Below, in pieces: positions 18,602 through 29,238 of a stretch of 64,000 nt of DNA. Within the stretch, counting starts at the first letter, position 1, and each line of letters begins with the position of its first letter. The stretch is from a bacterium (GTDB lineage: Bacteria; UBA8248). The stretch spans positions 3,168,001-3,232,000 of the forward strand of contig OY843592.1 of the NCBI GenBank assembly GCA_963692865.2. The letters run 5' to 3'. The position numbers were made by a program, and so were the translations under genes. The notes under the pieces were generated by a model. The model did no database searches and was not told the origin of the DNA. It saw nothing but the letters and a program-made list of their open reading frames with translations.

Positions 18602-21211
18602 TCACTTCACAATCAGATTAACCAGGCGGCCCGGAACGACAATGTGCTTCACGATCTCTTTATCCCCCAAGTAACCTGCCGTTACGGCTTCCGCCTTTTG
18701 CTTCAATTCCTCCTCGGGCGCATCCGGCAGCGCCATGAACGTGCGTCTCGTCTTGCCGTTCACCTGGACGGCGAACTCCTTCTCCTCGGCTGCAATGGCT
18801 CCCTCGTCGACCTCCGGCCATGCCTCCCGGAACAGACTTCCTTCTCCCTTGCCTCCTCCGAGGGCCTGCCATAGCTCCTCCGCCACGTGGGGGGCCATGG
18901 GCGCCATGCAACAAAGGAGAATCCCGGCCGCCTCACGCTGCACCGCATTCTCGGCTTCGGCTTCCGCGCGAAGCGACGTAGCCAGTTCCATGATGCGCGC
19001 CACCGCCGTGTTAAATGAGAAGGAGTTTTCATAGACTTCCGTCACCGCCTTCAGAGTGGCGTGAACGTCACGCCTGAGTTTTCTTCCCGAGGCGGATAAT
19101 CCACTCCCATCTCCAGAATAGGCTTTTGTTTCTCGCCAGCCCTCAAGCCGCTCGCTGAACGTGCTCCAAAGTCTTTGCAGGAACCGGTGCACTCCGATAA
19201 GGCCGTCGTCCCGCCATTCCTTGGAACGCTCGGGAGGACCGATGAAGAGAGTATACAACCGACCCGCATCCGCTCCGTATTTTCCGGTGCAGTCTTCAAT
19301 CGAGACCCCGTTCATCTTGGACTTGCTCATCGAGGCCATCTCGGCGAGCACCTTATGGCCGGCCTCGTAGCCGCTGCCGCTGGGGCCGTCCGTCGTAACG
19401 ACCAGGGATTCCTCGTCCACGTCCTGATACGGCACCCAGACGCGGCCGCGCGCATCGGCCACATAGTAGGCCATCCTGCAAACCATGCCTTGCGTGAAAA
19501 GATTCTCGAACGGCTCCTCGAAAGAGACGAGGTCCAGGTCGTAGAGCACTTTTGTGAAAAACCGCGAATACAGCAGGTGCATGACGGCGTGTTCCGCACC
19601 TCCGATGTACTGCGTCACGGGCAGCCAGCGGTTTACGTTTTCCGACTGGAACACGGCACAATCGTCGCGGGGGCTGACGTACCGCAAATAATACCAGGAC
19701 GAATCCACGAAAGTGTCCATCGTGTCCGTCTCACGGCGCGCGGGCCTGCCGGTTTTCGGGCTGATGACGTTCACGAAATCTTTACTCTGGGTCAAGGGGT
19801 TCCCGCCACGGCCCGTGAACTCGACATCGCGCGGGTGCATGACGGGCAGATGATCGTCCGGCACCGGCGTGATGCTGCCGTCTTCTTCATAGATGACGGG
19901 TATCGGCACGCCCCAATATCGCTGGCGTGAAATGAGCCAGTCCCTCAGCCGCCAGTTGATGGTCTTGTCGCCGAAACCTTTTTCGGCGAAATAATCGATC
20001 ATCTTGGGATACGCTTCGCGGTTCGGCTGCCCGTCGAACGGACCGGAGTTCTCCATGACGCCGTCTTCGACGTAGGCCTCCTCCATCGTGTCGCCATCGA
20101 GCCCGCCCTCGGGATGCTGGATGACCACCTTGACGGGGATGCCGTATTTTCTCGCGAAAAGAAAATCACGCTGGTCGTGCGCGGGCACGCCCATGACGAT
20201 GCCCGTGCCGTATTCCATCAGCGCGTAATCGGCCACGAGCAGGGGTACGCGGTCTCCATTGACGGGATTGATGATAAAATGACCCGTCTCGACGCCCGTC
20301 TTCTCACTCTCCTCGCTCATGCGTTCCGCGGCGCTTTGGGCCTGCATGGCTTCCACGGCCTTGCGGATGGAATCCGCTTGGGGATTCCCCTCCAGCAACT
20401 GATCGATAAGGGGATGCTCAGGCGCGCAGACCATGAAGGTGACGCCATAGACCGTATCCGGCCTTGTAGTGAAAACCGAGAGCGTTTCGCCGGTCGTTTC
20501 GAGCCTGAAATCGATTCGCGCACCCTCGCTGCGCCCCAGCCAGTTTCTCTGTTGCTGCTTGACGTGTTCGGGCCAGCCGACGAGGCCATCGAGATCGTCG
20601 AGCAAACGCTGCGCATAGTCGGTTATCTTCAAGAACCACTGGCTGAGCCAGCGTTTTTCCACCTTGGCCCCGCTGCGCCAGGCGATGCCGTCGTGAATTT
20701 GCTCGTTCGCGAGAACCGTGCCATCCACCGGATCCCAGTTGACGAGGGCTTCGCGCTTATAAGCCAGGCCGTTCTCGAGCATCTTGAGAAAAATCCACTG
20801 CGTCCATTTGTAATAGCCCGGATGCGCGGTGGAAATCTCGCGCGGCCAGTCATAGGCGAGGCCCGCCATGCGAAGTTGGCGCCTCATGTTGTCGACGTTT
20901 TTTTGCGTCCAGGCGGCAGGGTGGACACCGGCATTGATGGCGGCGTTTTCCGCAGGCAGTCCCAAGGCGTCCCATCCCATCGGGTGTAAGACCTCGAAGC
21001 CGCGCATCTTCCGGTATCGGCTGATGGCGTCGCCCATCGTGTAGTTACACGCATGGCCCATGTGCAGATCGCCCGATGGATAGGGGAACATCATCAGGGA
21101 ATAATAGGTGGGCTTATCACCGGGGTGGTCGGAGGTTTCGAAAATCTTCTCTTCCGCCCAATGATTCTGCCACTTCGCTTCATAACTGGATGGACTGTAT
21201 TCGCCGAGCAT
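18602..21211 (-). CDS. leuS: Leucine--tRNA ligase
   Basis: MFPYPSG.LHMGH (HIGH), DWLISRQRYWG, DTMDTFVDSSWY, SMSKS (KMSKS variant). Confidence 0.97.
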   Translation of the reverse strand: MLGEYSPSSYEAKWQNHWAEEKIFETSDHPGDKPTYYSLMMFPYPSGDLHMGHACNYTMGDAISRYRKMRGFEVLHPMGWDALGLPAENAAINAGVHPAAWTQKNVDNMRRQLRMAGLAYDWPREISTAHPGYYKWTQWIFLKMLENGLAYKREALVNWDPVDGTVLANEQIHDGIAWRSGAKVEKRWLSQWFLKITDYAQRLLDDLDGLVGWPEHVKQQQRNWLGRSEGARIDFRLETTGETLSVFTTRPDTVYGVTFMVCAPEHPLIDQLLEGNPQADSIRKAVEAMQAQSAAERMSEESEKTGVETGHFIINPVNGDRVPLLVADYALMEYGTGIVMGVPAHDQRDFLFARKYGIPVKVVIQHPEGGLDGDTMEEAYVEDGVMENSGPFDGQPNREAYPKMIDYFAEKGFGDKTINWRLRDWLISRQRYWGVPIPVIYEEDGSITPVPDDHLPVMHPRDVEFTGRGGNPLTQSKDFVNVISPKTGRPARRETDTMDTFVDSSWYYLRYVSPRDDCAVFQSENVNRWLPVTQYIGGAEHAVMHLLYSRFFTKVLYDLDLVSFEEPFENLFTQGMVCRMAYYVADARGRVWVPYQDVDEESLVVTTDGPSGSGYEAGHKVLAEMASMSKSKMNGVSIEDCTGKYGADAGRLYTLFIGPPERSKEWRDDGLIGVHRFLQRLWSTFSERLEGWRETKAYSGDGSGLSASGRKLRRDVHATLKAVTEVYENSFSFNTAVARIMELATSLRAEAEAENAVQREAAGILLCCMAPMAPHVAEELWQALGGGKGEGSLFREAWPEVDEGAIAAEEKEFAVQVNGKTRRTFMALPDAPEEELKQKAEAVTAGYLGDKEIVKHIVVPGRLVNLIVK

Positions 21212-21280
21212 GAATTTCCTCAACTTTTCGGTATATGTTCCTGAAATCTCCGTATAGACGTTTTGCCTGCTTCAAAAAAT

Positions 21281-21712
21281 TTACGCTGCTTGTATGTGCG
21301 GACCCTCTGTGATGGGCGCAGCCTCTTCTCTCATTTTCTCGAGAATTTCTGGTGGAATACGCTTGGGCTTTCCGTCCGCATCGGTTCTCGCATGAAACGT
21401 ATAGCCTTCCACCAGAATACGTCCCTCCTGTTCCACGAGATAATCGATCCGCACGCGCACGCCCTCGGGCTCTCTGAGCCAGCCGGTAACCCTCACCTCG
21501 CCGTCATACCGCGCGCCTTCTTTATACCGGCAATGGCTCTCCACCACGGGGAAGAAAACGCCCTGTTCTTCGAGTTGCCCATAGGGAAATCCGATTTGGC
21601 GGAAATACTCCGTTCTAAGTTGTTCAAACCATACATAATAGACCGAGTGATGCACCACGCCCATCTGATCGGTTTCGGCATACCTTATCCGAAAATCAAT
21701 GGAAAGAGCCAA
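21281..21712 (-). CDS. Acyl-CoA thioesterase (YbgC/FadM hotdog family)
   Basis: RYAETDQMGVVHHSVY..WFE..R. Confidence 0.88.
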   Translation of the reverse strand: MALSIDFRIRYAETDQMGVVHHSVYYVWFEQLRTEYFRQIGFPYGQLEEQGVFFPVVESHCRYKEGARYDGEVRVTGWLREPEGVRVRIDYLVEQEGRILVEGYTFHARTDADGKPKRIPPEILEKMREEAAPITEGPHIQAA

Positions 21713-21733
21713 GCCGGATGAACCTATGAGCAG

Positions 21734-23101
21734 TTACGTGAACAGAAACAAGCGGGCGATGTTAAAGTAAATCAAAAGTCCCAGCACATCGACTCCGGTC
21801 GTCACGAAAGGTCCCGTCGCTACGGCCGGGTCCACGCGAAACCGATGAAGCACGAGCGGCAGAACCGATGCGAGAAGAGCGGAGAACATCATCACGACGC
21901 AAATCGCAAGACCCACGACGAAGCCCAGCCACGCCACTGAGGCGAATTGGTAAGTCGCCAACAACCCCAACAACAAGCCATAGCTAATGCCAAGGAGCGT
22001 TCCGACGGCCACCTCTTTCGAGATGACGCGAAGCCATGATTTGGGATCGATGCGTCCTGTCGCCAAACCACGCACGACAATGGTCGCGCTTTGGGTGCCC
22101 ACGTTGCCCGCCATGCCGATGATCACCGGCATGAACGCGGCGAGCGCCACGATTTTGCTCAATTGGTCTGAGTATTGATGAATCAATTGAGCGGCGAGAA
22201 TGCCGCCCAGCCAACTGAAAAACAGCCAGGGCAAACGAATCCATGCGAGGCGTCTGGCGGAAAGCGACGTCACCTCATCCTGATAGGAGTGCGTACCCGC
22301 CATCTTGAGGATATCCTCGGTCGCTTCCTCTCTTATGACGTCGAGCACGTCATCCACCGTGATGATTCCGACCAGTACGTTATCATTGTCTACAACGGGG
22401 ATGGCCAGAATGTTATAGCGGGAAACGACGCGCGCGACGTGCTCCTGGTCGGCATGAACGTTTTCACTCCAGACGTTGGTGGTCATGACCTCGGACAAGA
22501 GCTTGGACGGGTCGGCCAGCAAGAGTTGGCGCAGGGTAATCACCCCCCGCAAGCAACCATTGGAATCTATGACGTACACATAGAAGATGTAGTCCACCTC
22601 GCCGGCTTTTCTCACCCGGGAGATAGCCTCATCAACTCTGAGCTCTTCATGAAGGGCCACGTAAGAATCCGTCATGATGGCGCCTGCCGTTTCCGGCAAA
22701 TACGCCATCATGTCCTGTATTGCCTCTGTTTCCGGCGCGTCGAGAAGCGCAACGATTTCCTGGGATCGTTCCTCGGGCAGGGTTTCCAGAATGTATCTTG
22801 CGTCGTCGCTGTCGAGTTCCTTGATCAAAGGAATCACGTCCTCGTTCGGCACGGGATCCAACAGTTCGCGAACGATGTGAGAGTCCGATTCCGTCAGGAT
22901 GGAGGCGCGGTGCTGCTGGTTTCGAACGAGGACGAACGCCTCCTGTCGTTCTTCGGGCAGGAAATGCTGAAAAATCTGCGCCACTTCAGCCGCGTGCATT
23001 TTCTCCAGCGCATTGGAAAGATTGGCGTCGGCCTTATGCCTCAACAACCGCCGCACCATGTCTTCTACGCGGAGAAGTCTCGGATCGTGCTCGTTCACCA
23101 T
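21734..23101 (-). CDS. mgtE: Magnesium transporter MgtE
   Basis: N-domain plus CBS pair, RLPWL, MAGNVGTQ, DPAVATGPFVTT..DV; start MVNEHDP. Confidence 0.93.
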   Translation of the reverse strand: MVNEHDPRLLRVEDMVRRLLRHKADANLSNALEKMHAAEVAQIFQHFLPEERQEAFVLVRNQQHRASILTESDSHIVRELLDPVPNEDVIPLIKELDSDDARYILETLPEERSQEIVALLDAPETEAIQDMMAYLPETAGAIMTDSYVALHEELRVDEAISRVRKAGEVDYIFYVYVIDSNGCLRGVITLRQLLLADPSKLLSEVMTTNVWSENVHADQEHVARVVSRYNILAIPVVDNDNVLVGIITVDDVLDVIREEATEDILKMAGTHSYQDEVTSLSARRLAWIRLPWLFFSWLGGILAAQLIHQYSDQLSKIVALAAFMPVIIGMAGNVGTQSATIVVRGLATGRIDPKSWLRVISKEVAVGTLLGISYGLLLGLLATYQFASVAWLGFVVGLAICVVMMFSALLASVLPLVLHRFRVDPAVATGPFVTTGVDVLGLLIYFNIARLFLFT

Positions 23102-23243
23102 GGCGGATGCCCCAATAATCAAGCATGCACAGTGTTTAGAGGGCGTGAGTCTATGGGACGCCTTGGGCAGTGTCAATCATCTTGTATTGCGTGTAAACTT
23201 GGCATATTGTGATAGCGGGTTGTTGGATGAGCCGCCGGGAATT

Positions 23244-25013
23244 ATGTCTCATGCAGCCTTCAAGATACCGTCCATTCGCTCTGGGGAGTACCACACAATC
23301 GCTAGACTCCATGGCTCGCTTACTGGGCTCAAGCCCAAGCAAATCAAAGTCTTGGAAAGGTTGTACCGACGGAAGATACCCCCTGGTCAATTCGTTCACC
23401 TGGAACTCGGGCGTGAGTTGGCCCTTTTGTCGTATGAACTCTCGTGTCAGATCGGGTTGCTCATAGATCGGCAAGGTATAGTGCGCTACGTGATCATCGG
23501 TGATGCGCGGGGAATTGAAATCCCGGAACTAGGCCGCGCTCGTGCCGGAATGGCCAGACTCAGAGGCCTTCGGTGCGTACACACGCACTTGAACGCCTCC
23601 CCGTTGTCCCAAGAAGACCTCACGGACATGGCTCTCCTACGCCTCGACGCCATGGGGGTCATCGAAGTAGTGGAAGACGGAAACGCGGGCCGATTCCACT
23701 TCGCCCACATCAAGCCCCGACCCAGCGATGAAAATACGCAAGCCAACGGCCATTCGACATTCGTAGAAAATCGTACTCCCTGGGAAACCCAGTCGTTTCC
23801 AAATCTCGAATCGAATCGGGTAAATATCGAGGCGCTCATCAACTCTCTCGAGAGTGAGTTCGCCCGCCTGCAAAAATCATCAATTGAATTCGACGAGGGA
23901 GAGCGCGCCTTGCTGGTGCATCTCGATACCGGGAAAACCTCAAATCGCACTCCCGATACCGAGTTTGAGGAGTTGTCCCTCCTCACGCGCGAAGCCGGTT
24001 TTGTCCCCTGCGGGCAAATATTACAACGTCGAAAGAAGCCGGATCCTCGTTTCGTTATCGGCAAGGGCCGCCTGGCGGATGTTCTGATGAATTCGATGCA
24101 GGTGGGAGCCGAAGCCCTGTTCTTCTCCAACGAGTTGACGCCATCCCAAATAAAGAACTTATCTGTATTCACCGATCTGAAAATCCTCGACCGGACGCAA
24201 ATCATCCTCGACATTTTCGCCCAGAGAGCCAAGAGCCGCGTGGGAAAACTTCAGGTCGAGTTGGCGTTGCTCCGATACACGCTGCCTCGCATCTCCTCCC
24301 AACATACGGCCTTGAGCAGACTTACCGGCGGCATCGGCGGCAGGGGACCAGGCGAGACTAAACTGGAGATTCACCGCCGCCGCGCATTCGAGCGCATTCG
24401 CAGGGTGGAGAAAGAACTCGGAAACTTGCAGAAAAAACGTTCTCAGGGCAGACGGCTCCGCCAGCGCCGCCAAGTGCCGGTTCTTTCCTTGGTGGGCTAC
24501 ACCAACGCGGGGAAATCCACGCTGCTGAACGCCCTAACGAATAGCGAGACCCTGGCCGAGGACCGACTTTTCGCCACCTTGGACACATCGAGCCGAAGGC
24601 TCAGACTCCCGCGCGAGCAGGAAGTCATCATTACGGATACTGTCGGTTTCATTCACGACCTCCCCCAGGAGTTGATAGGAGCCTTCCGCTCCACGTTGGA
24701 GGAATTAAGCGAAGCGGACCTTCTCCTTCACGTGATTGACGCCTCATCTCCGCATTGTGAGGAAAACCTTTTTTCCGTAGAGAAAATCCTCGATGAGATC
24801 GGACTGAAAGACACGCCTCTCATTCGGGTATTCAATAAAATGGACCGGACGGATGATATCCGTCTGGCCAATCTATGCCGTCGATTCAACGGCATCGCCG
24901 TGAGCGGCGTAGACCCTGAAAGCCTTGTGCCTCTTGTGGAGGAGGCAGACCACCGCCTATTGAGCATGGACAAGCAAGATGAGACGCAAGAATACGAACA
25001 AATCGCAAACTAA
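23244..25013 (+). CDS. hflX: GTPase HflX with N-terminal extension (start ATG 23244 or non-canonical ATC 23298)
   Basis: ILDIFAQRA, GIGGRGPGETKLE, G1 GYTNAGKST, LFATLD, DTVGF, NKMD. Confidence 0.93.
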   Translation: MSHAAFKIPSIRSGEYHTIARLHGSLTGLKPKQIKVLERLYRRKIPPGQFVHLELGRELALLSYELSCQIGLLIDRQGIVRYVIIGDARGIEIPELGRARAGMARLRGLRCVHTHLNASPLSQEDLTDMALLRLDAMGVIEVVEDGNAGRFHFAHIKPRPSDENTQANGHSTFVENRTPWETQSFPNLESNRVNIEALINSLESEFARLQKSSIEFDEGERALLVHLDTGKTSNRTPDTEFEELSLLTREAGFVPCGQILQRRKKPDPRFVIGKGRLADVLMNSMQVGAEALFFSNELTPSQIKNLSVFTDLKILDRTQIILDIFAQRAKSRVGKLQVELALLRYTLPRISSQHTALSRLTGGIGGRGPGETKLEIHRRRAFERIRRVEKELGNLQKKRSQGRRLRQRRQVPVLSLVGYTNAGKSTLLNALTNSETLAEDRLFATLDTSSRRLRLPREQEVIITDTVGFIHDLPQELIGAFRSTLEELSEADLLLHVIDASSPHCEENLFSVEKILDEIGLKDTPLIRVFNKMDRTDDIRLANLCRRFNGIAVSGVDPESLVPLVEEADHRLLSMDKQDETQEYEQIAN

Positions 25014-25644
25014 TTTCTATCCCGACAAAAAGTTCTTTTTTTTCTACGCCTTGTTGCTGAGCATTCTGGCCGGAGGTTGTGGATGGGAGAATACAAACGC
25101 CGCCTTCCGGTCCGCATACTTCAAAACCCAGCGGGCCGTTACGAACACCTTCATCTCCATCGGGAAATATCAGCGAGACCACGCATACGGACGACAAGAC
25201 ACTGGAGAAACACAAACCAAGGCCGATAAACGTCCCGAAGTCGCAAATAGCCCCACCGTCCACCCTTCTGAAACACCACGCTCGCAAGACCGGTTTCCAT
25301 CCAGAACTTCTGCGCCGGTGGAAGAAGACCTGAACTCCGGGGAGTCCCGGAAAAGCGCCAAGGCCATAACGCGAGGAGAACCCTCAAAAGAAATGCCTGT
25401 GGCGCCGCGCACAACGATGACTCTCCAAGAATTGCGACAACGCATTCGAGAAATCGAACGACAGCGAATCCATTCAAGAAATCCCGCAGAAAGACGCGGG
25501 TTGGCTGATGAACTGAGACAATTGGAGCGAATTTTGCTCACATACCAAAAAGAAGAAAACATCATCGAGGAAATGACCCAATTGCGCCGTCGGTTGAGAA
25601 AACTACAAGAAGATTTGCTCAAAATCCAAAAAACCAGCCCTTAG
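24979..25644 (+). CDS. Hypothetical lipoprotein with C-terminal coiled coil
   Basis: Hydrophobic stretch ending LAGGC (lipobox), low-complexity middle, heptad-rich L/E/R/Q C-terminus. Confidence 0.55.
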   Translation: MRRKNTNKSQTNFYPDKKFFFFYALLLSILAGGCGWENTNAAFRSAYFKTQRAVTNTFISIGKYQRDHAYGRQDTGETQTKADKRPEVANSPTVHPSETPRSQDRFPSRTSAPVEEDLNSGESRKSAKAITRGEPSKEMPVAPRTTMTLQELRQRIREIERQRIHSRNPAERRGLADELRQLERILLTYQKEENIIEEMTQLRRRLRKLQEDLLKIQKTSP

Positions 25645-25659
25645 AGAGCGAGTCCGTTT

Positions 25660-28401
25660 TCAAGAGTTGCTCGATACGACCACCAGGCATTCTTTACTCG
25701 GCTTCATGAAATGGCGCGCAGCTTCTCTGACGGATTGCATATCCACCCGCTCAATCTGCCGCTTTGTTTCTTCAAGCGTTTCCCATCCCAATCCATGGAC
25801 GAATCTACCCGCCAGGTCGGCAGTTCGCGCAAAGGCCCGCTGATGGCTACGAGATAACCCGCCGACAAGATAAGCCTTCGCCCGTTGGAATTCCTCCTCA
25901 CGCAGACCCTTCGCGCTCACGCGGGCAATTTCTTGCCGTATGAGGTCAATAGCGAGCTTTTCCTTGCCCGCAGGCGTGGCGGCATAAATCGAAATGGGGC
26001 CTGGGTCCAGAGACTCGTGAGAGGAAACGCTCACATCGTAAGCGAGGCCGCGCTTTTCCCTCAGTTCGAGGAAGAATCCTCCACCCTGACTCCCCAAGGC
26101 CGCAGTTATAATTGCCAGCGCATACCGCGCCGGCTCATGAAAAGTCGTTCCCAAAAACGACATTTGGATGTGGCTTTGCGACGCTCCATCGAGCACGTAT
26201 GAACGAAAACGCTTTCTTCCGGGAGCTCTTGGCAAGGCGGGCTGAAGGACGGTCGTTTCTCGAGGAGCGCTTTGGACCCAGGGCCTCAGCATTTTCGGGA
26301 GATGTTCTTCCAGATACGAGACGTCGAAATTGCCGGCCGCCGCGATGACAAGATTCTCAGGCGTCGCCCTCTTGCGCCATTCCCGCTTCAAGACATTTCG
26401 GTTGAAAGCGGCCATCGTCCCGGCTGTCCCGAGTGGATGACGACCCAGCGGGTGTTTGCCATACAAGAGCTGATAACCCTTGAACCGGCACCATTGCCCC
26501 AAGTCGTCGAGTTCGCTGTCGCGCTCCGCATTAAGCTCCGCACGAGCAAACCCAACATCATCCTTGTCAAAAGCGGGCGCAGACACGACTTCCACGAATT
26601 TCTCCAAAACTTTGGGCAAAACCGCGCTGAGGCCGAACGCGGTCAGACCAAAAGTATTTCTTCCAGAAAATCCATCAATGCCGGCACCCAAACCCTCCAC
26701 CTCCTTGGTATGGATGAGGGATGGACAATTCTCGGTCGCCATGGGAGCCACGGACATCATCAGAGCGTGCAGCCCGGCCTGACGGGCGGATTCGTTTCTT
26801 TGTCCTCCCGGGAAAACGGCCCGTAAAGAGAAAAGCAACGGGCCGCCGTCGGGCAGCATGACCAATCGTCCGCCACCCGGAAGTTTTATCTCTATAGGTG
26901 TGTTCTTGACTCTGGAGCGCCTTTTATTTTCCAGATGCCTTCTTTTTCGTGAAACAAAGCGGGTGCGATTGGATACGTCCGCTTTTTTCACTTCTCCCCG
27001 GTTTCGATTCGTGGCGTTTCGTTTTTGCTCAAGATTGTTTTCGAATCCGTTCCATATCGCCTTGCGAATTCTTCGCACATCGATTCGCGGCGCTTCTCCC
27101 TTGGGGGAAAATACGCCAGCGGTCATTCGTGAAGGCACCAAATATCGCCTCGCCACATGCGAGACATCATCCGCGTCTACCTCCATCACCATTTTCGTAT
27201 ACTTCAGATGATAATTCGGGTCTCCGGTAATCAACTCGGAATAGCCCGCCACACGAGCACGGCCCGTCATGCTTTCGCGCCGAAACTCCAAACCGGTCAG
27301 ATAATTCACGCGCACTTTTTCCAACTCACTCGGGGTAAGCGGCCTGTCTTCAATAATTTGTTTAGCCACTTGGAGGATTTGCTCAGCGGCTTTTTCGACA
27401 TTTTCCGGTGCCGTATACCCGCCCAAGAAAAACAGCCCTGGCCCGCCACAGAGATAGACATCAGCGGAAACGTCAAACATCAGCGACTCGTTCATGCAAA
27501 GATGCTCATACAGGCGGGAGCTTTCGCCCGCTCCGAGAACGATGCCGAGCACTTCAAGCGCGGGAGCGTCTATGTGTATTAAAGGAGGAATTTCAAAAGC
27601 GATTTCCAAGTGCGCCGTTCCTGAGCGGCCACGCCGAACGACGATGCGCGGTCCTGCGTTCGAAGGAGTTGCTCGGGGGACTTTCGGCATCTTTCTGCGT
27701 CCGGGATTCGGCCATTTTGTGAACAAATCTTTTCGTCTTTTTCTCAAAATGGATTTGACCTGCAAAACGTCAAAGGCTCCGGCAAACACCAGGATGGCCG
27801 ATGAAGGTGCATAGAATTTCGCGTGATAACTTTTTAATTCTCCCGCACCGATATTCTTGAGGGTCCGCCGCGTTCCCAGAATGGCGCGCCCAAAAGGATG
27901 CCGGGGGCCGTATGCTTCGCGATAAAGGTGATATTGAAGCACTTGGTCGGGTTGCTCATAGGTGCGATTGAATTCCGAGAGAATGACCTGGCGTTCCTGG
28001 CGAACCTCGTTCTCGTCGAATCGCGGCCGCCAAAGCGCATCGAGAAGCGCGTCCAGACACCTTTCGAATTTATCCGGCATTGACACCAGATCGTAATGAG
28101 TGGATTCGTTCGTCGTGTAGGCGTTGATGTCGCCGCCGGAAGATTCGGCCAGCGAAGCGAGTTCCCCCACCTCCAGATTTTTCGAACCCTTGAATATCAT
28201 ATGCTCCAGGAAATGGGAGATGCCCGCGAGCGGGTCCGTTTCTGTCAGGCTACCGACGCGAAACCATGCTTGCACGCTTACGGCAGGAGCCGTGGAATCT
28301 GGCAGAAAAAGACAGGTGGGACCACTCTTCATTCGGTAAATGAGAGGTTTTATATCTTCGGAGAACGCTTCGCTCGCGTCGCTTGGAAATTTCTTAATCA
28401 T
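25660..28401 (-). CDS. M16 family zinc peptidase (pitrilysin/PqqL-like, fused halves)
   Basis: GISHFLEHMIFKG inverted zincin motif, NAYT, ELREKRGLAY. Confidence 0.9.
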   Translation of the reverse strand: MIKKFPSDASEAFSEDIKPLIYRMKSGPTCLFLPDSTAPAVSVQAWFRVGSLTETDPLAGISHFLEHMIFKGSKNLEVGELASLAESSGGDINAYTTNESTHYDLVSMPDKFERCLDALLDALWRPRFDENEVRQERQVILSEFNRTYEQPDQVLQYHLYREAYGPRHPFGRAILGTRRTLKNIGAGELKSYHAKFYAPSSAILVFAGAFDVLQVKSILRKRRKDLFTKWPNPGRRKMPKVPRATPSNAGPRIVVRRGRSGTAHLEIAFEIPPLIHIDAPALEVLGIVLGAGESSRLYEHLCMNESLMFDVSADVYLCGGPGLFFLGGYTAPENVEKAAEQILQVAKQIIEDRPLTPSELEKVRVNYLTGLEFRRESMTGRARVAGYSELITGDPNYHLKYTKMVMEVDADDVSHVARRYLVPSRMTAGVFSPKGEAPRIDVRRIRKAIWNGFENNLEQKRNATNRNRGEVKKADVSNRTRFVSRKRRHLENKRRSRVKNTPIEIKLPGGGRLVMLPDGGPLLFSLRAVFPGGQRNESARQAGLHALMMSVAPMATENCPSLIHTKEVEGLGAGIDGFSGRNTFGLTAFGLSAVLPKVLEKFVEVVSAPAFDKDDVGFARAELNAERDSELDDLGQWCRFKGYQLLYGKHPLGRHPLGTAGTMAAFNRNVLKREWRKRATPENLVIAAAGNFDVSYLEEHLPKMLRPWVQSAPRETTVLQPALPRAPGRKRFRSYVLDGASQSHIQMSFLGTTFHEPARYALAIITAALGSQGGGFFLELREKRGLAYDVSVSSHESLDPGPISIYAATPAGKEKLAIDLIRQEIARVSAKGLREEEFQRAKAYLVGGLSRSHQRAFARTADLAGRFVHGLGWETLEETKRQIERVDMQSVREAARHFMKPSKECLVVVSSNS

Positions 28402-28471
28402 TATCGAAACAGGCTCACCTCAGGTCATGGCGACCTATCCGCCTGCCCTGAATTCGAAAGCAGCGAATCCC

Positions 28472-28499
28472 TTGACTTCTAGTGAGCGGAGCGTATCAT
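28472..28499 (+). promoter_or_regulatory. Candidate sigma70 promoter for the ferredoxin-uxaA operon
   Basis: TTGACT-16 nt-TATCAT. Confidence 0.5.
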
Positions 28500-28600
28500 C
28501 CCCTTCTGGCAAAGTCATGCGGAGATGACGCCGATAGACTGTGAGACCTCGCCCGGGAAAATCCATAAGAGATTACCCATAATCCAAAAAGAGGATAATT

Positions 28601-28942
28601 GTGGAACACATCAAAAGACACGTTTTCGTCTGCATCAACCAACGTCCGCCGACTCATCCGATGGGCTGTTGCCAGAGCAAGGGCAGCATCGAAGTCGCGC
28701 AAGCGATTACGGAGGCAATCGGCTCGAACGACGAACTCGCTGCGGATACGGCCATGGCGGGCGCCACTTGCCTGGGTCCGTGCACGATGGGACCCACCTT
28801 GGTCGTTTACCCCGAGGGCGTCTGGTACACGGGCGTAAAGGTGGAGGATGTTCCCGAACTCATAGAGGAACACCTGAAAAACGGCCGCCCCGTCGAGCGG
28901 CTGCGCCTGAGGCTGCCCGGAAATGTCGGAAGCGACGACTAG
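28601..28942 (+). CDS. Thioredoxin-like [2Fe-2S] ferredoxin
   Basis: HVFVC.N.R...GCC, CLGPC..GP..VVYPEGVWY; RBS GAGGA. Confidence 0.9.
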   Translation: MEHIKRHVFVCINQRPPTHPMGCCQSKGSIEVAQAITEAIGSNDELAADTAMAGATCLGPCTMGPTLVVYPEGVWYTGVKVEDVPELIEEHLKNGRPVERLRLRLPGNVGSDD

Positions 28943-28963
28943 TATGAATATGGAGGCCATACG

Positions 28964-29236
28964 ATGAGCCGTGGACTGGTGATGCACTCGAAAGACAACG
29001 TGGCCACGGTGCTTGAGGACGTCTCCCCCGAGCAAAACGTGGAAATAGAAGGCGGCGAGAAATCACTTACGATTTCGGCGACGGAAGCGATTCCTTTCGG
29101 GCATAAAATCGCGCTGCGAAAGATCCGCTCAAACGCAAAAGTGCTCAAATACGGCGAAATCATCGGCACCGCCACACAAGAGATATCCTCAGGCAGTCAC
29201 GTTCACGTCCACAACATCAAAAGCACCAGAGGCTAG
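28964..29236 (+). CDS. UxaA family dehydratase/sulfo-lyase small (SAF) subunit
   Basis: DNVAT, IPFGHKIA, KYGEIIG.A, HVHVHN. Confidence 0.88.
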   Translation: MSRGLVMHSKDNVATVLEDVSPEQNVEIEGGEKSLTISATEAIPFGHKIALRKIRSNAKVLKYGEIIGTATQEISSGSHVHVHNIKSTRG

Positions 29237-29238
29237 CC

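Noticed and set aside
19315-19335. LeuRS KMSKS motif reading SMSKS
   Set aside because: The catalytically key second Lys is retained; first-position variants are ordinary.
28508-28532. GGCAAA-GTCAT...ATGAC-GCC resembling a c-di-GMP-I riboswitch
   Set aside because: Lacks the GAAA tetraloop, the GACGCAAAGC core and the second stem; just a 5' UTR hairpin.
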